Of a stretch of 37,013 nucleotides of DNA, positions 29,701 to 37,013 are shown piece by piece. Under the pieces are notes generated by a model. That model did no database searches. It saw only the letters and a program-made list of their open reading frames with translations, and was not told the DNA's origin. Source of the DNA: an uncultured Myxococcales bacterium (GTDB lineage: Bacteria > Myxococcota > Myxococcia > Myxococcales > Vulgatibacteraceae); assembly GCA_964354895.1 (NCBI GenBank), contig CAYHCR010000001.1, positions 1-37,013 of the forward strand, given 5' to 3'. The position numbers and the translations under genes are program-made. Position 1 is the stretch's first letter. Each line of letters starts with the position of its first letter.

Positions 29701-29987
29701 ACGAGCGCCTCGCGCCGCAGCTCTTCGATCACCTCGGCCTGCGCGCCGGTCGGGGTCGCGAACGAGCCCTCGACCACGACGCGCTCCCCCGCGAGCTCCA
29801 CGACGGCGAGATCGGCCGGAAACAGCGGCGCGCCGTCAGGCCCCGGCGCCCCCGTCCGCGCGAGCGCCTCGAGCGCCGCCCGGACACGTGGGCCGTCGGC
29901 GCTCGCCGCAGCGGCGGGTCGCGCGGCAAGAGAGAGAGCGATCGAGGCGACGAGCAGCGGCACCGAAGGGACGAGAGATCGACGCAT
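26748..29987 (-). CDS. Secreted N-acetylmuramoyl-L-alanine amidase (Amidase_3-like, with inserted carbohydrate-binding-like domain) - FN3 - unknown domain - Asp/Cys repeats - MYXO-CTERM protein (1079 aa)
   Basis: ATG at 29987 gives the signal peptide MRRSLVPSVPLLVASIALSLAARPAAAA. Amidase_3-like motifs (IALVAGHG ... YVSIHANAS ... GVLIETGF) are interrupted by a ~170-aa insert ending LIADAVKL. FN3-like segment (LRVRWAATPGAEAYRLYR). Two Asp/Cys repeats. C-terminal sorting tail. Confidence 0.8.
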   Translation of the reverse strand: MRRSLVPSVPLLVASIALSLAARPAAAASADGPRVRAALEALARTGAPGPDGAPLFPADLAVVELAGERVVVEGSFATPTGAQAEVIEELRREALVGALAAFGVEDGVHLLVRRGGRLLPYGVEPRELPAPLLRPVPREAMVRPIATPRLPLGGALLGRRIALVAGHGWLDDGAGGWRTQRSRWNFTGCGNCRGILEDFFTAEVVTNQLLPLLQGMGAEVVLVREPDHGGDGSILDDGDAGVVETGAWSAGNNPGGYGDDYRVLEPGAAGSVRYELPVNDVGEQHLSMRFVAGGNRTPAALVEIVHVGGTTLVDLDQRVPTDTWLDLGRWLFAPGAASVTLRNGSADGYLIADAVKLGGGTWTGSGKPWWEMGAASFVPWAGADANVTQYGDVSIRPAYAEYVDAEAYVSIHANASGVDGGSGANGLSTYRYSCSTYGDHSTSAAATGCDDPPGSTQLIELVHGAVLSRLRGDFDPNFGDRGKRVANFGELRTLDDMPGVLIETGFFDNVASPSGSPPPRYADNRALHDPRWREAFAYGVAEGLAQFLNPGAGAPPPRPDGLVAQNLSDGSLRVRWAATPGAEAYRLYRATGGRGWDAGELVRGTEHTFPSIASGTTLALRVAALSANGEGMASQAVSARVRGAVLPAGAAAAQVLFVQAYDRRDAWVQDRDNDLQYAVEHGGAIAGSLGGALFFDGALDEAVLDGTVPLAGYAAVDYAAGKDSSADEPISSAMQGLMGVYLAGGGKLLISGEEIGYALVETSDDVRDGVFLTETLGVTYLSDDADSYELTGVAGGPFEAIASVRIDDGTGGVYEVVYPDVLDEGASGGRIAMRYGTGGAAVIAKSNVVFFGAPIEAIVPAADRLRVFDAALRSLLPGVSGGDLDLDGASDACEAQYGYDGRDAADGSSDVDQDGATLAQECAAGTDPGPAGGLPVEGSCTDGVDGDGDGGTDCDDADCAGDPACAGGGGAGGGGGAGGAGGAGGAAAARELACDDGRDDDRDGQTDCDDADCLGAAICDPGAGGAGGLLDGGGGADALLVEEESGCGCGAGRTGSSFELAALLLFGLATVSRRRRASA
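26751..26858 (-). other. MYXO-CTERM-type C-terminal sorting signal
   Basis: The last 36 aa are ESGCGCGAGRTGSSFELAALLLFGLATVSRRRRASA. This is a Cys-containing GC motif, a hydrophobic helix and an Arg cluster, as in the Myxococcales-specific MYXO-CTERM domain. Confidence 0.65.
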
Positions 29988-30239
29988 GTCCCGGAGAGAC
30001 AACGATCCGGCGGGTCGGGTCAACCCCCGACCGGTGCGCCGCGCCCCCAGAGGTGTGACGGCCGATCGGCCTGCCTCCCGCGACCGCGCGCTCGACGCGT
30101 ACGGGCTCGCGGGGAGACATCGTCGGGTTCCTCGCTCCGATCGGGCCGCCACCGCCGACAGAGGCCCACGTCGGCGCCTTGTCGCCCGATGGGCGACCCG
30201 CTAGGACCCTCGCTCGTACCTCTCGACCCAAGAGGTCTC

Positions 30240-30881
30240 ATGCGCGCCTCGGATCGCCCGGCCGGACGCACCCGCCGACGCACGACGCTCCCCCCGCGGA
30301 TCGTCTCGCCGAGGCGCGTCGGCCCGGCAGAGCTGTACGGTCAGGTCGCGCCGCTGCTCGCCGGGGGCGCCGCCGGAGAGGAGGCGCTCGCGCGGCTCGC
30401 GACGCTCCTGCAGGAAGATCCCGCGCTGCTGGACCTGCGGTTCGAGCCCGACGCGTCGCGCACGCTCGCCGCCGAGCTCGCCGTGCTCGATGACGCCGCG
30501 CGGGAGCGCCACACCCAGCACGCCCTCCCTTCGCTCGTCCCGCCGCACCTCGGCCGCGAGGCGGAGCGGCTCTTCGTGCGCGTCGAGGGTCGCAGCGCCG
30601 AGCCCGTCGCCCGGCGCGCCCTCGCGCTCGGTCGCTACTTCGCGCTGCTGGATGATCTGGAGGGCGCCAGCGGGGCGGGCCAGAACCCGCTCTGGCACCT
30701 CCTCTTCGAGCTGACGCTGGCAGAGCTGCCCGAGAACGTCCCGCTCGCCGACGCGCTCGCGTTCGAGGGCGGCCCGGCCACGAAGCCCGCGGTCCGCGCC
30801 GCGCCGAGCCTCTCGACCGCGCTGCGCCTCGCCGTCGACGCGGTCCTCGACGAAGAGGGCGTCGCGGCCCGCACGGCGTAG
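30240..30881 (+). CDS. Hypothetical protein (213 aa)
   Basis: This is the 3' part of track ORF 28752..30881; the rest is antisense to the amidase gene. ATG at 30240 with AGAGG upstream (alternative ATG at 30189). Balanced composition and G/C-rich third positions. No recognisable motif. Confidence 0.55.
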   Translation: MRASDRPAGRTRRRTTLPPRIVSPRRVGPAELYGQVAPLLAGGAAGEEALARLATLLQEDPALLDLRFEPDASRTLAAELAVLDDAARERHTQHALPSLVPPHLGREAERLFVRVEGRSAEPVARRALALGRYFALLDDLEGASGAGQNPLWHLLFELTLAELPENVPLADALAFEGGPATKPAVRAAPSLSTALRLAVDAVLDEEGVAARTA

Positions 30882-30953
30882 CCTCTCTGGCCCGCGGCTG
30901 CGGGCGCGCAGCCCGACGCGGCGCGACCTCCACGCGGCGCCTGGTGCGCTCCG

Positions 30954-31595
30954 TCAGCGACCGGGCCAGCCCCGCGGCGGTCCTCCCACGCTGAAGCACT
31001 CCACGAGGCACGGCGCGCCGCCGCACGCCCCGATCGTCGCCTGCAGCGCGTCGCCGGCCCGCGCCGCGAGCTTCACCCGTCGCGACACAGCCAGCTCCAC
31101 CCGCGTCCCCGGCGCCCGCAGCACCAGCGCGTTCGGCAAGACCTCCTCCACCACGTAGCGCGCCTCGATCGGCGCCTCCACGCGCGGCCGCGCCTGCTCC
31201 CACGCCCACATCGCCGCCGCGTACGCCTCCGGGTCCCTGCGCCACAGCGCGGCCGCCGGCCGACCGTCGAGCGCTGCGTCGTTGAGCGCCTTGCAGAGCT
31301 TCTCGAGCCGCGGGAGCACCGCCGCCGCCTCGCGCACCGCCGCCGCCGCCTCGCCCTCGAGCGCGCCCGCGATGGACCGCAGCGCCGCCTGCAGCTCGCG
31401 CCCCGGCCGCGTGACGCGCACCGCGACGTGGCCCGCGATCAGATCGTGCCACTCCGCGGGCGTCGGCGGGCCCGGTGGCCGCGCGGTCCGCTCCCGCTCG
31501 AACCAGCGCTCCGCCTCGAGGCGCAGGGTCTCGCGCAGCTCCGGCTCGACGCCGGCGAGCCCGCGCGTCAGGGCCTCGTCAAGCTCTGCGTCCAC
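30954..31595 (-). CDS. Hypothetical protein (213 aa)
   Basis: GTG start with GAGG upstream. Balanced helical-looking sequence with strong third-position G/C bias. It lies 57 nt downstream of fadJ on the same strand. No recognisable motif. Confidence 0.6.
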   Translation of the reverse strand: MDAELDEALTRGLAGVEPELRETLRLEAERWFERERTARPPGPPTPAEWHDLIAGHVAVRVTRPGRELQAALRSIAGALEGEAAAAVREAAAVLPRLEKLCKALNDAALDGRPAAALWRRDPEAYAAAMWAWEQARPRVEAPIEARYVVEEVLPNALVLRAPGTRVELAVSRRVKLAARAGDALQATIGACGGAPCLVECFSVGGPPRGWPGR

Positions 31596-31652
31596 GTCGC
31601 CTCGTGGCGTGGCCGGCGCGAGAGGTCGATCGCGCGCGCCGGCCCACGCGGG

Positions 31653-33845
31653 TCAGTCCGGGTAGAAGCGCCCGCCTCTGGCGGCCTGATCGATGAGCAG
31701 CTGTGCCGGCCGGAAGCGCCGGCCGAACCGCTCCTCGTACGAGCGCAACCGCCGCACGATCTCCCCGACGCCGACCGCGTCGACGTACCGGAACGGCCCG
31801 CCCCGGAACGGCGGGAACCCCAGGCCGAAGATCGCCCCGACGTCCCCGTCGCGCGGGCTGCGGAGGATCCCCTCCTGCAGGCAGAGCGCCGCCTCGTTCA
31901 CCATCTGCAGCGCGAGCCGCTGCTGGATCTCGTCCACGCCGAGCAACCGGCGCTTCTTCCCGCCCGGCATGAGCTCGTACACGGTCTCGTCGACGCGCTT
32001 CTTCCTGTCGTCGTACGTGTAGAAGCCCCGCTTGTTCTTGCGGCCGAGGCGCCCGTCCTCGATCACCTTCTGCAATCCTTCCGGCGGCACCATGCGGTCG
32101 CCGAAGGCCTCGAGCATCGTCTTGCCGGCCTTCTGCGCGACGTCGATCCCGACCTCGTCGAGCAGCGTGATCGGGCCGACCGGATAGCCGAAGTCCTGCA
32201 TCGCCTCGTCGATCTGCCGGATGTCGCCGCCCTCGGCGAGCAGCCACGCCGCCTCGTTGAGGTACGGCGCCAGGATGCGCGAGGTGTAGAAGCCGGGCCC
32301 GTCGTTCACGACGATGACCGTCTTGCCCTGCGCCTTGCCGAGCGCGACCGCCGTCGCGATCGCGACCTTGCCGGTCTGCTTGCCGACGATGATCTCCAGC
32401 AGCGGCATCTTGTGGACCGGCGAGAAATAATGCATCCCGATCACGTTCTCGGGCCGCTTGGACGCCTCCGCGAGCTTGCTGATCGGCAGGGTCGAGGTGT
32501 TTGACGCAAAGATACAGCGCTCGTTGGTCGCCGCCTCGGTCTCCTGGAGCACGCGGTGCTTGAGCGCCAGGTCCTCGAAGACCGCCTCGATCACGACGTC
32601 GACGCCCCGCAACCCCTGGTAGTCGGTGCCGGCCGTGACGCGGCCGAGCACCTCGTCGCGCTCGAGCCGCGTGATCGACCGGCGCTTCACGCGCTCGTCG
32701 AGGATCTCCCGCACGTACTTGAGCCCGCGACCGATCCCGTCGTCGTCGCGATCCTTGAGCCGCACGGGCAGCTTTGCCAGCGCCGAGGTCACGTAGGTGA
32801 TCCCGCCGCCCATCAGCCCGCCGCCGATCATCGCGACCGAGCCGATCTTCGCCGCCTTCACCGCCGGGTCGTCGACGCCCGTGTCCTTCTTGAGCGCCGT
32901 CTGCGCAAAGAAGATCCCCACGAGCTGCTTGCTCACGTCCGAGACGAGCAGCTCGCCGAAGAGCTCCGCCTCGCGCCGCAGACCTTCCTGCAGCTCGTGC
33001 TCGAGCCCGTAGCGGATCGCCTCGATCGCCTTGGAGATCGCCGGGTAATTGCCCCGCGACTTCTTCATGGCGAGCTTCTCCGCCTGCCGGAAGAGCAGCG
33101 CGCGGCCGACCGGGTTCTCCTCGAGCGCCAGCGCCATCAGCGCCTTCTGATCGGCCTTGCCCTTGCGCAGCCGCGCGAGCAGCGCGTCGCGCCCCCGCCG
33201 CGGCATCGGGACGCTGTGCTCCGCGAGCCCGAGCGCCCGCTGCCGCGCGACCTGCAGCAGGATCGCCTGCGGCACGACCTCGTCGACGAGCCCGAGCTTC
33301 AGCGCCTTCTGCGCCTTGAGCTGCTTGCCGGTCAGGATGAGATCGAGCGCCGCCTGCGCGCCGACGAGCTTCGGCAGCCGCTGCGTCCCGCCCGCGCCGG
33401 GCAGCAGCCCCAGCATCACCTCGGGCAGACCGAGCGCCGTCTTCCGATCGTCCGAGGCGATCCGGTAGTGACACGCCATCGCGAGCTCGCAGCCGCCGCC
33501 GAGCGCCTGGCCGTGGATGGCCGCGACGATCGGCTTCTCGCTGCGCGCGAGCTCCTCGAACTGCTGCTGCGCGCCGCGGGCGCTCTCCGTCGCTTCGGTC
33601 GCCGTCTTGAGCGTCGTGAGCAGCTTGATGTCGGCGCCGACGAGGAAGTCCTTCTTCCCGCTCGTCAGCACGACGGCCTTCACGGTCGGGTCGGCGCGCA
33701 ACGCCGGCCACGCCTCCTTCATCGCCGCCGCGAGCGCCTCGCCGAGCACGTTCACCGGCTCGCCGGGCAGGTCGATGGTGAGGATCGCGACGCCGTCGGC
33801 GTGGAGCTCCACCTTCACAGCAGAGCCTCTGGTCTCAGTCGTCAT
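31653..33845 (-). CDS. fadJ: Fatty acid oxidation complex alpha subunit (enoyl-CoA hydratase / 3-hydroxyacyl-CoA dehydrogenase)
   Basis: 730 aa. N-terminal crotonase fold (VAILTIDLPGEPVNVL ... FLVGADI). Central NAD Rossmann motif (VAMIGGGLMGGGI). Positioned 3 nt after the thiolase gene, as in fadIJ operons. Confidence 0.9.
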   Translation of the reverse strand: MTTETRGSAVKVELHADGVAILTIDLPGEPVNVLGEALAAAMKEAWPALRADPTVKAVVLTSGKKDFLVGADIKLLTTLKTATEATESARGAQQQFEELARSEKPIVAAIHGQALGGGCELAMACHYRIASDDRKTALGLPEVMLGLLPGAGGTQRLPKLVGAQAALDLILTGKQLKAQKALKLGLVDEVVPQAILLQVARQRALGLAEHSVPMPRRGRDALLARLRKGKADQKALMALALEENPVGRALLFRQAEKLAMKKSRGNYPAISKAIEAIRYGLEHELQEGLRREAELFGELLVSDVSKQLVGIFFAQTALKKDTGVDDPAVKAAKIGSVAMIGGGLMGGGITYVTSALAKLPVRLKDRDDDGIGRGLKYVREILDERVKRRSITRLERDEVLGRVTAGTDYQGLRGVDVVIEAVFEDLALKHRVLQETEAATNERCIFASNTSTLPISKLAEASKRPENVIGMHYFSPVHKMPLLEIIVGKQTGKVAIATAVALGKAQGKTVIVVNDGPGFYTSRILAPYLNEAAWLLAEGGDIRQIDEAMQDFGYPVGPITLLDEVGIDVAQKAGKTMLEAFGDRMVPPEGLQKVIEDGRLGRKNKRGFYTYDDRKKRVDETVYELMPGGKKRRLLGVDEIQQRLALQMVNEAALCLQEGILRSPRDGDVGAIFGLGFPPFRGGPFRYVDAVGVGEIVRRLRSYEERFGRRFRPAQLLIDQAARGGRFYPD

Positions 33846-33848
33846 GGC

Positions 33849-35159
33849 TCAGGCCCTCTCCAGCACGACGGCCGCCGCGAGGCCGCCCGCTGCGCAAAGC
33901 GTGACCAGCCCGAGCTCGGCGTCGCGACGCTTCAGCTCGTGCAGGGTGCTCAGGATCATCCGCGCGCCGGTCGCCGCAAAAGGATGGCCGAGCGCGATCG
34001 AGCCGCCGTTCGGGTTGAGCGTCTCGTCCGGCACCTCGCCGACCGCGCTCGTCCGGCCGAGGTGCTGCGCGCACCACGCCTTGCTGCCCAGCGCCTGGAG
34101 GTTCGCGAGCACGACCGCCGCGAAGGCCTCGTGGACGTCGACGACCGCCATGTCGGACAGCTCTGCGCCGGCGCGCTCGAGCGCCTTGGGCGTCGCGAAC
34201 GCGGGGCCCATCAGCATCTGCCACTTCGGATCGATCGCGGCGTACGCATAGCTGCGCAAGTACCCGAGCGGCGTATGACCGAGCGCCTTCGCCTTCTCCT
34301 CGCTCATCAGGAGGAGCGCCGACGCGCCGTCCGTGAGGCCCGAGGAATTCGCCGCGGTGATCGTGCCGTACTTGCGATCGAACGCCGGCTTGAGCTCCGC
34401 CATCTTCGTCAGCGTCGTGTCGTCGCGGACGAAGTCGTCCCGATCTGCGACGCGCGCGTAGGTCGGCGGCACGAGGACGTGCATCACCTCGGCGTCGTAC
34501 TTCCCGTCCCGCCAGGCGGCCGCCGCGCGGTCGTGGCTGCGCTTGGCGAAGGCGTCCTGCGCCTCGCGGCCGATGCCGTTCTCCTTCGCCATCTTCTCGG
34601 CGCTCTCGCCCATCGTGAGCCCGGTCGAGGGCTCCTTGAGCGCGGGCGGGACCGGCAACAGGTCCGTCGCGGAGAGGTGCGCGAAGCTGCGGAACTTTCC
34701 CGGGAGATCCTTCGCCTTGCTCGCCTTGACGAGCGCGTCGGCGAGCGGCCGGCTCACGGAGATCGGCACGTCGGAGAGGCACTCGGCGCCGCCGCTGATC
34801 GCGACGTCGACGTTCCCGAGCGCGATCTGATCGGCGGCGTTGGTGGTCGCCTGCACGCTCGTCGCGCACGCGCGGCTCACGGAGTAGGCGTCGACCGTCT
34901 GCGGCAGCCCCACCCCGAGCACGATCTCGCGCGCGATGTTCGGCCACTTCACGCTCGGCACGACCTGCCCGTAGACGAGCAGCTCGAGCTCTTCTCGTTT
35001 GAGGTCACTGCGGGCGATCAGCTCAGCGACGAGCGTCCGTCCCAGCTCGAGCGCGCTCAGTCGCCCGAAGACGCCCATCGATTTTACGAAGGGGGTCCGA
35101 AGACCCGCCACGATCGCGACGCGCCTTCCGACGCGCGTCGCCTTCCCGTTCTTCGCCAT
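33849..35159 (-). CDS. fadI: 3-ketoacyl-CoA thiolase (acetyl-CoA C-acyltransferase)
   Basis: ATG at 35159 with GGAGG upstream. 436 aa. The N-terminus RVAIVAGLRTPF matches the FadI pattern. Active-site contexts VSRACATS and CAAGG near the C-terminus. The track ORF was trimmed from 35354. Confidence 0.9.
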   Translation of the reverse strand: MAKNGKATRVGRRVAIVAGLRTPFVKSMGVFGRLSALELGRTLVAELIARSDLKREELELLVYGQVVPSVKWPNIAREIVLGVGLPQTVDAYSVSRACATSVQATTNAADQIALGNVDVAISGGAECLSDVPISVSRPLADALVKASKAKDLPGKFRSFAHLSATDLLPVPPALKEPSTGLTMGESAEKMAKENGIGREAQDAFAKRSHDRAAAAWRDGKYDAEVMHVLVPPTYARVADRDDFVRDDTTLTKMAELKPAFDRKYGTITAANSSGLTDGASALLLMSEEKAKALGHTPLGYLRSYAYAAIDPKWQMLMGPAFATPKALERAGAELSDMAVVDVHEAFAAVVLANLQALGSKAWCAQHLGRTSAVGEVPDETLNPNGGSIALGHPFAATGARMILSTLHELKRRDAELGLVTLCAAGGLAAAVVLERA

Positions 35160-35198
35160 GCCGCCTCCGGTGCGGGGCCGTGGCCAGGGGCGCCTTCG

Positions 35199-35256
35199 GT
35201 TGACCCGCGAGTCAACGGACGCCGTCTGACTAGACCCCTTGACGCTGCGCGTCAAG
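35199..35256. promoter_or_regulatory. Two perfect TTGAC...GTCAA palindromes in the fadIJ upstream region (candidate operator pair / promoter)
   Basis: GTTGAC-CCGCGA-GTCAAC at 35199-35216 and CTTGACGC-TGC-GCGTCAAG at 35238-35256. They lie 40-97 nt upstream of the fadI ATG. On the minus strand the distal one supplies a TTGACG -35-like hexamer. Confidence 0.35.
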
Positions 35257-35274
35257 CCGGGGCGAAACAGCCTT

Positions 35275-36558
35275 TCAGTCCGTGAGGTTGAGCTGCACGG
35301 TGATCCCGCGACCGTCCACGAAGAGACCAGACGGAGCGAGCCCCGACGGCTCATCGGCCGAGGTGCCGAGGCCGACGTCGGCCCAGTTCACCGTGAGCTC
35401 GAGGTTGTCGGTCAACGCGCCCAGGAAATCGCCCGCGAGCCACGAGGCCTCCGCCAGGATCTCGCCCGCGCCCTGTCCGCCGACGACCTCGAAGTTCTGC
35501 GCCTCGAGCGTGATGCCCTGCGCCGTCACCGCGAGGCCCAGATCCGAGATGACGTCGAGGACGCCGCACGCGTTGCCGCCGGTGCGCCAGACCTGCAGGC
35601 CGGTCTTGAGCAGGCCGCTCTCCGTGGTCTGCATGGACGTGAGCAGCACGTGGTCATCGCCCATCGGATCGGCGTTGCCGTCGCCGTCGTAGCTCTGCGG
35701 GATCGAGTCCTCGAAGACGAGCCGGTTGGCGAGCAGGTGCAGCAGCTCCGGGTGGAGCTGCAGGGCGACGTCGATGCCGGCGGGCAGCTCTGCCTGCGCC
35801 TCGATCGACGCGCTCTGGCTGGTGGCGAGGTTGCTGTGCATGCCGAGCACGATCGTCCTGGACGCGGTCGAGATCGTCGGGCCGCGCGCGGCGAGCAGCA
35901 CACCTTCCCCGACGCGGAACGAGTCGAGCTTCGTGAGCGTGCGGTCGCCGACCTCGCCCTCGAGGAAGGTCTCCGCGAGCTCGCCGAGCAGACCGTCGAG
36001 GCCGGGGAGCTCCGAGGTGTCGTAGCCCTCGACGGCGATCGAGACGCCGGCGATCTGCACGTTCGAGAGGCCGGCGATGAGCCCCGTCCTGCGATCGCTG
36101 ATCGAGGTGAGCGAGACGGGCACGCCCGCCTTCACGGCGACGCTGCCGTCGAACTGGCCGACGCCGTCGACGTCGAGCCAGAGGTCGAAGGCGGTGTCGG
36201 CGAGGATGCAGGTCGGGCAGTCGGCGATCGCCTCGATCGAGAGCGCGGGCAGCGACGGCGTGATGCGAAGGCGACCCCAGTCGGCCGACTCGTGGCGGAT
36301 CGGAGCGAGGTTGATCGCGCCGGTCTTCGCGAGCAGCGAGTTGAGCGCGGGCTGGGAGATCACGACGGCCATCGCCATCGCGCCTTCCGTCGCCACGTTC
36401 TCCCGCAGCTGGCCGGCGCTCGTCACCGCGCTCTCGTAGCCGACGCGCTGCTCCGAACAGCTCCCGCCGAGGTTCGCCAGCAGATCATCGCAGCCGACCA
36501 TCGGCACGATCGCCGCCGTCACGCCCACCGCGATGCCGCCCAACGCGCTCTTTCGCAT
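35275..36558 (-). CDS. Lipoprotein of unknown function (427 aa)
   Basis: AGGAGG lies 7 nt upstream of the ATG. Signal peptide with lipobox PMVGC. Soluble beta-rich looking sequence. No recognisable catalytic motif. Confidence 0.7.
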   Translation of the reverse strand: MRKSALGGIAVGVTAAIVPMVGCDDLLANLGGSCSEQRVGYESAVTSAGQLRENVATEGAMAMAVVISQPALNSLLAKTGAINLAPIRHESADWGRLRITPSLPALSIEAIADCPTCILADTAFDLWLDVDGVGQFDGSVAVKAGVPVSLTSISDRRTGLIAGLSNVQIAGVSIAVEGYDTSELPGLDGLLGELAETFLEGEVGDRTLTKLDSFRVGEGVLLAARGPTISTASRTIVLGMHSNLATSQSASIEAQAELPAGIDVALQLHPELLHLLANRLVFEDSIPQSYDGDGNADPMGDDHVLLTSMQTTESGLLKTGLQVWRTGGNACGVLDVISDLGLAVTAQGITLEAQNFEVVGGQGAGEILAEASWLAGDFLGALTDNLELTVNWADVGLGTSADEPSGLAPSGLFVDGRGITVQLNLTD

Positions 36559-36663
36559 CTCACGCCTCCTGCTGAACCCGGTATCCCTGCCGAACCATGC
36601 GCGCGCGTGCCTGCCGCCGCGTCGGCGCGATCGTCATCCGCCGCGCGGCCCGCTGCGACCTCA

Positions 36664-37013
36664 TCAAGGCAGCAGCAGCGGCAACGCGGTGATCGCGCTC
36701 ACGAAGACGCCTGCGAAGAGCAGCGTCGCGGCCGCGAAGAAGCCGGCGAGTCCCAGCAGCCCCGCGAAGCGACGAAACCCCGCCTCGCGCGACACGAAGG
36801 AGGCGATCGTCGCGCCGGCGGCCAGCGCGCCGAGCCAACCGAAGCGCGGCTCGGAGACGATCGTCCCGATCACGACGCCGGAGAGTCCGAGCAGCGCGCT
36901 GAAGATGAGGCTGCGCGCGGCGCGACCGGGCCTCGTCGCGGCCTGGGTGAGAAAATCCGGCATCTCCTCGGGGTGCGCGACCTCGAGGTGGACCGGGCAG
37001 AGCAGCTCGCCGG
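36664..37013 (-). CDS. Small multi-pass membrane protein; probably 5'-truncated by the window edge (first in-window ATG at 36963)
   Basis: Three hydrophobic segments. The frame stays open from 36963 to the window end (GELLCPVHLEVAHPEE-MPDF...) and all 16 upstream codons end in G/C. GAGGAG abuts the ATG at 36963 with no spacer, which argues against that start. Confidence 0.5.
   Translation of the reverse strand, partial: GELLCPVHLEVAHPEEMPDFLTQAATRPGRAARSLIFSALLGLSGVVIGTIVSEPRFGWLGALAAGATIASFVSREAGFRRFAGLLGLAGFFAAATLLFAGVFVSAITALPLLLP

Noticed and set aside
28752-30188. 5' two-thirds of the 709-aa plus-strand ORF
   Set aside because: Antisense to the amidase CDS, with Arg/Ala-rich sequence. 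Only the 3' part (30240-30881), which lies outside the amidase gene, has protein-like composition.
31579-35285. ORFs 31579..33711 (-, 710 aa), 32556..35285 (+, 909 aa), 33835..34947 (-) and 30238..31452 (-)
   Set aside because: Shadow frames over fadJ, fadI and the two hypotheticals, with extreme Arg/Gly/Ala/Asp content and no motifs.

Overview
High-GC (roughly 70% by eye) chromosomal segment, almost certainly from a myxobacterium (Myxococcota). Supporting this: a MYXO-CTERM-type sorting tail, an ElbD-type ether-lipid megasynthase, and collagen-like and Asp/Cys-rich secreted lipoproteins. I support about 25 protein-coding genes. I recognised no rRNA, tRNA, CRISPR array, transposase or integrase. 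Frames were chosen by readable domain motifs, G/C-ending third codon positions, Shine-Dalgarno spacing and signal peptides. Many long ORFs in the track are Arg/Ala/Gly/Pro/Ser-rich antisense or shadow frames and were rejected. Gene order: LarA-like fragment, ElbD-like four-domain enzyme and SDR (+); oxyR and a collagen-stalked octahaem HAO-like lipoprotein (-); a three-repeat Asp/Cys mini-lipoprotein (+); an operon of an untracked 42-aa basic peptide, a 3-mercaptopyruvate sulfurtransferase and a RIO-type kinase (-); OsmC (+); a secreted vWA protein (-); an alpha/beta hydrolase and a 749-aa lipoprotein with 13 Asp/Cys repeats and 2 PPC-like domains (+); a RapA-like SNF2 ATPase, a PAS hybrid histidine kinase, a ParA/MinD-PilZ fusion and a hypothetical (+); a cytoplasmic vWA protein and a 1079-aa amidase-FN3 MYXO-CTERM protein (-); two hypotheticals; fadI-fadJ (-); a lipoprotein and a small membrane protein (-). 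The most interesting items are: (1) the collagen G-X-Y stalk fused to an eight-haem HAO-like cytochrome; (2) a recurring ~32-aa four-Cys, Asp-rich repeat module shared by three secreted proteins in this window; (3) a hidden 42-aa highly basic ORF heading a sulfurtransferase/RIO-kinase operon. All family names come from motif recognition in the translations. No database search was run.
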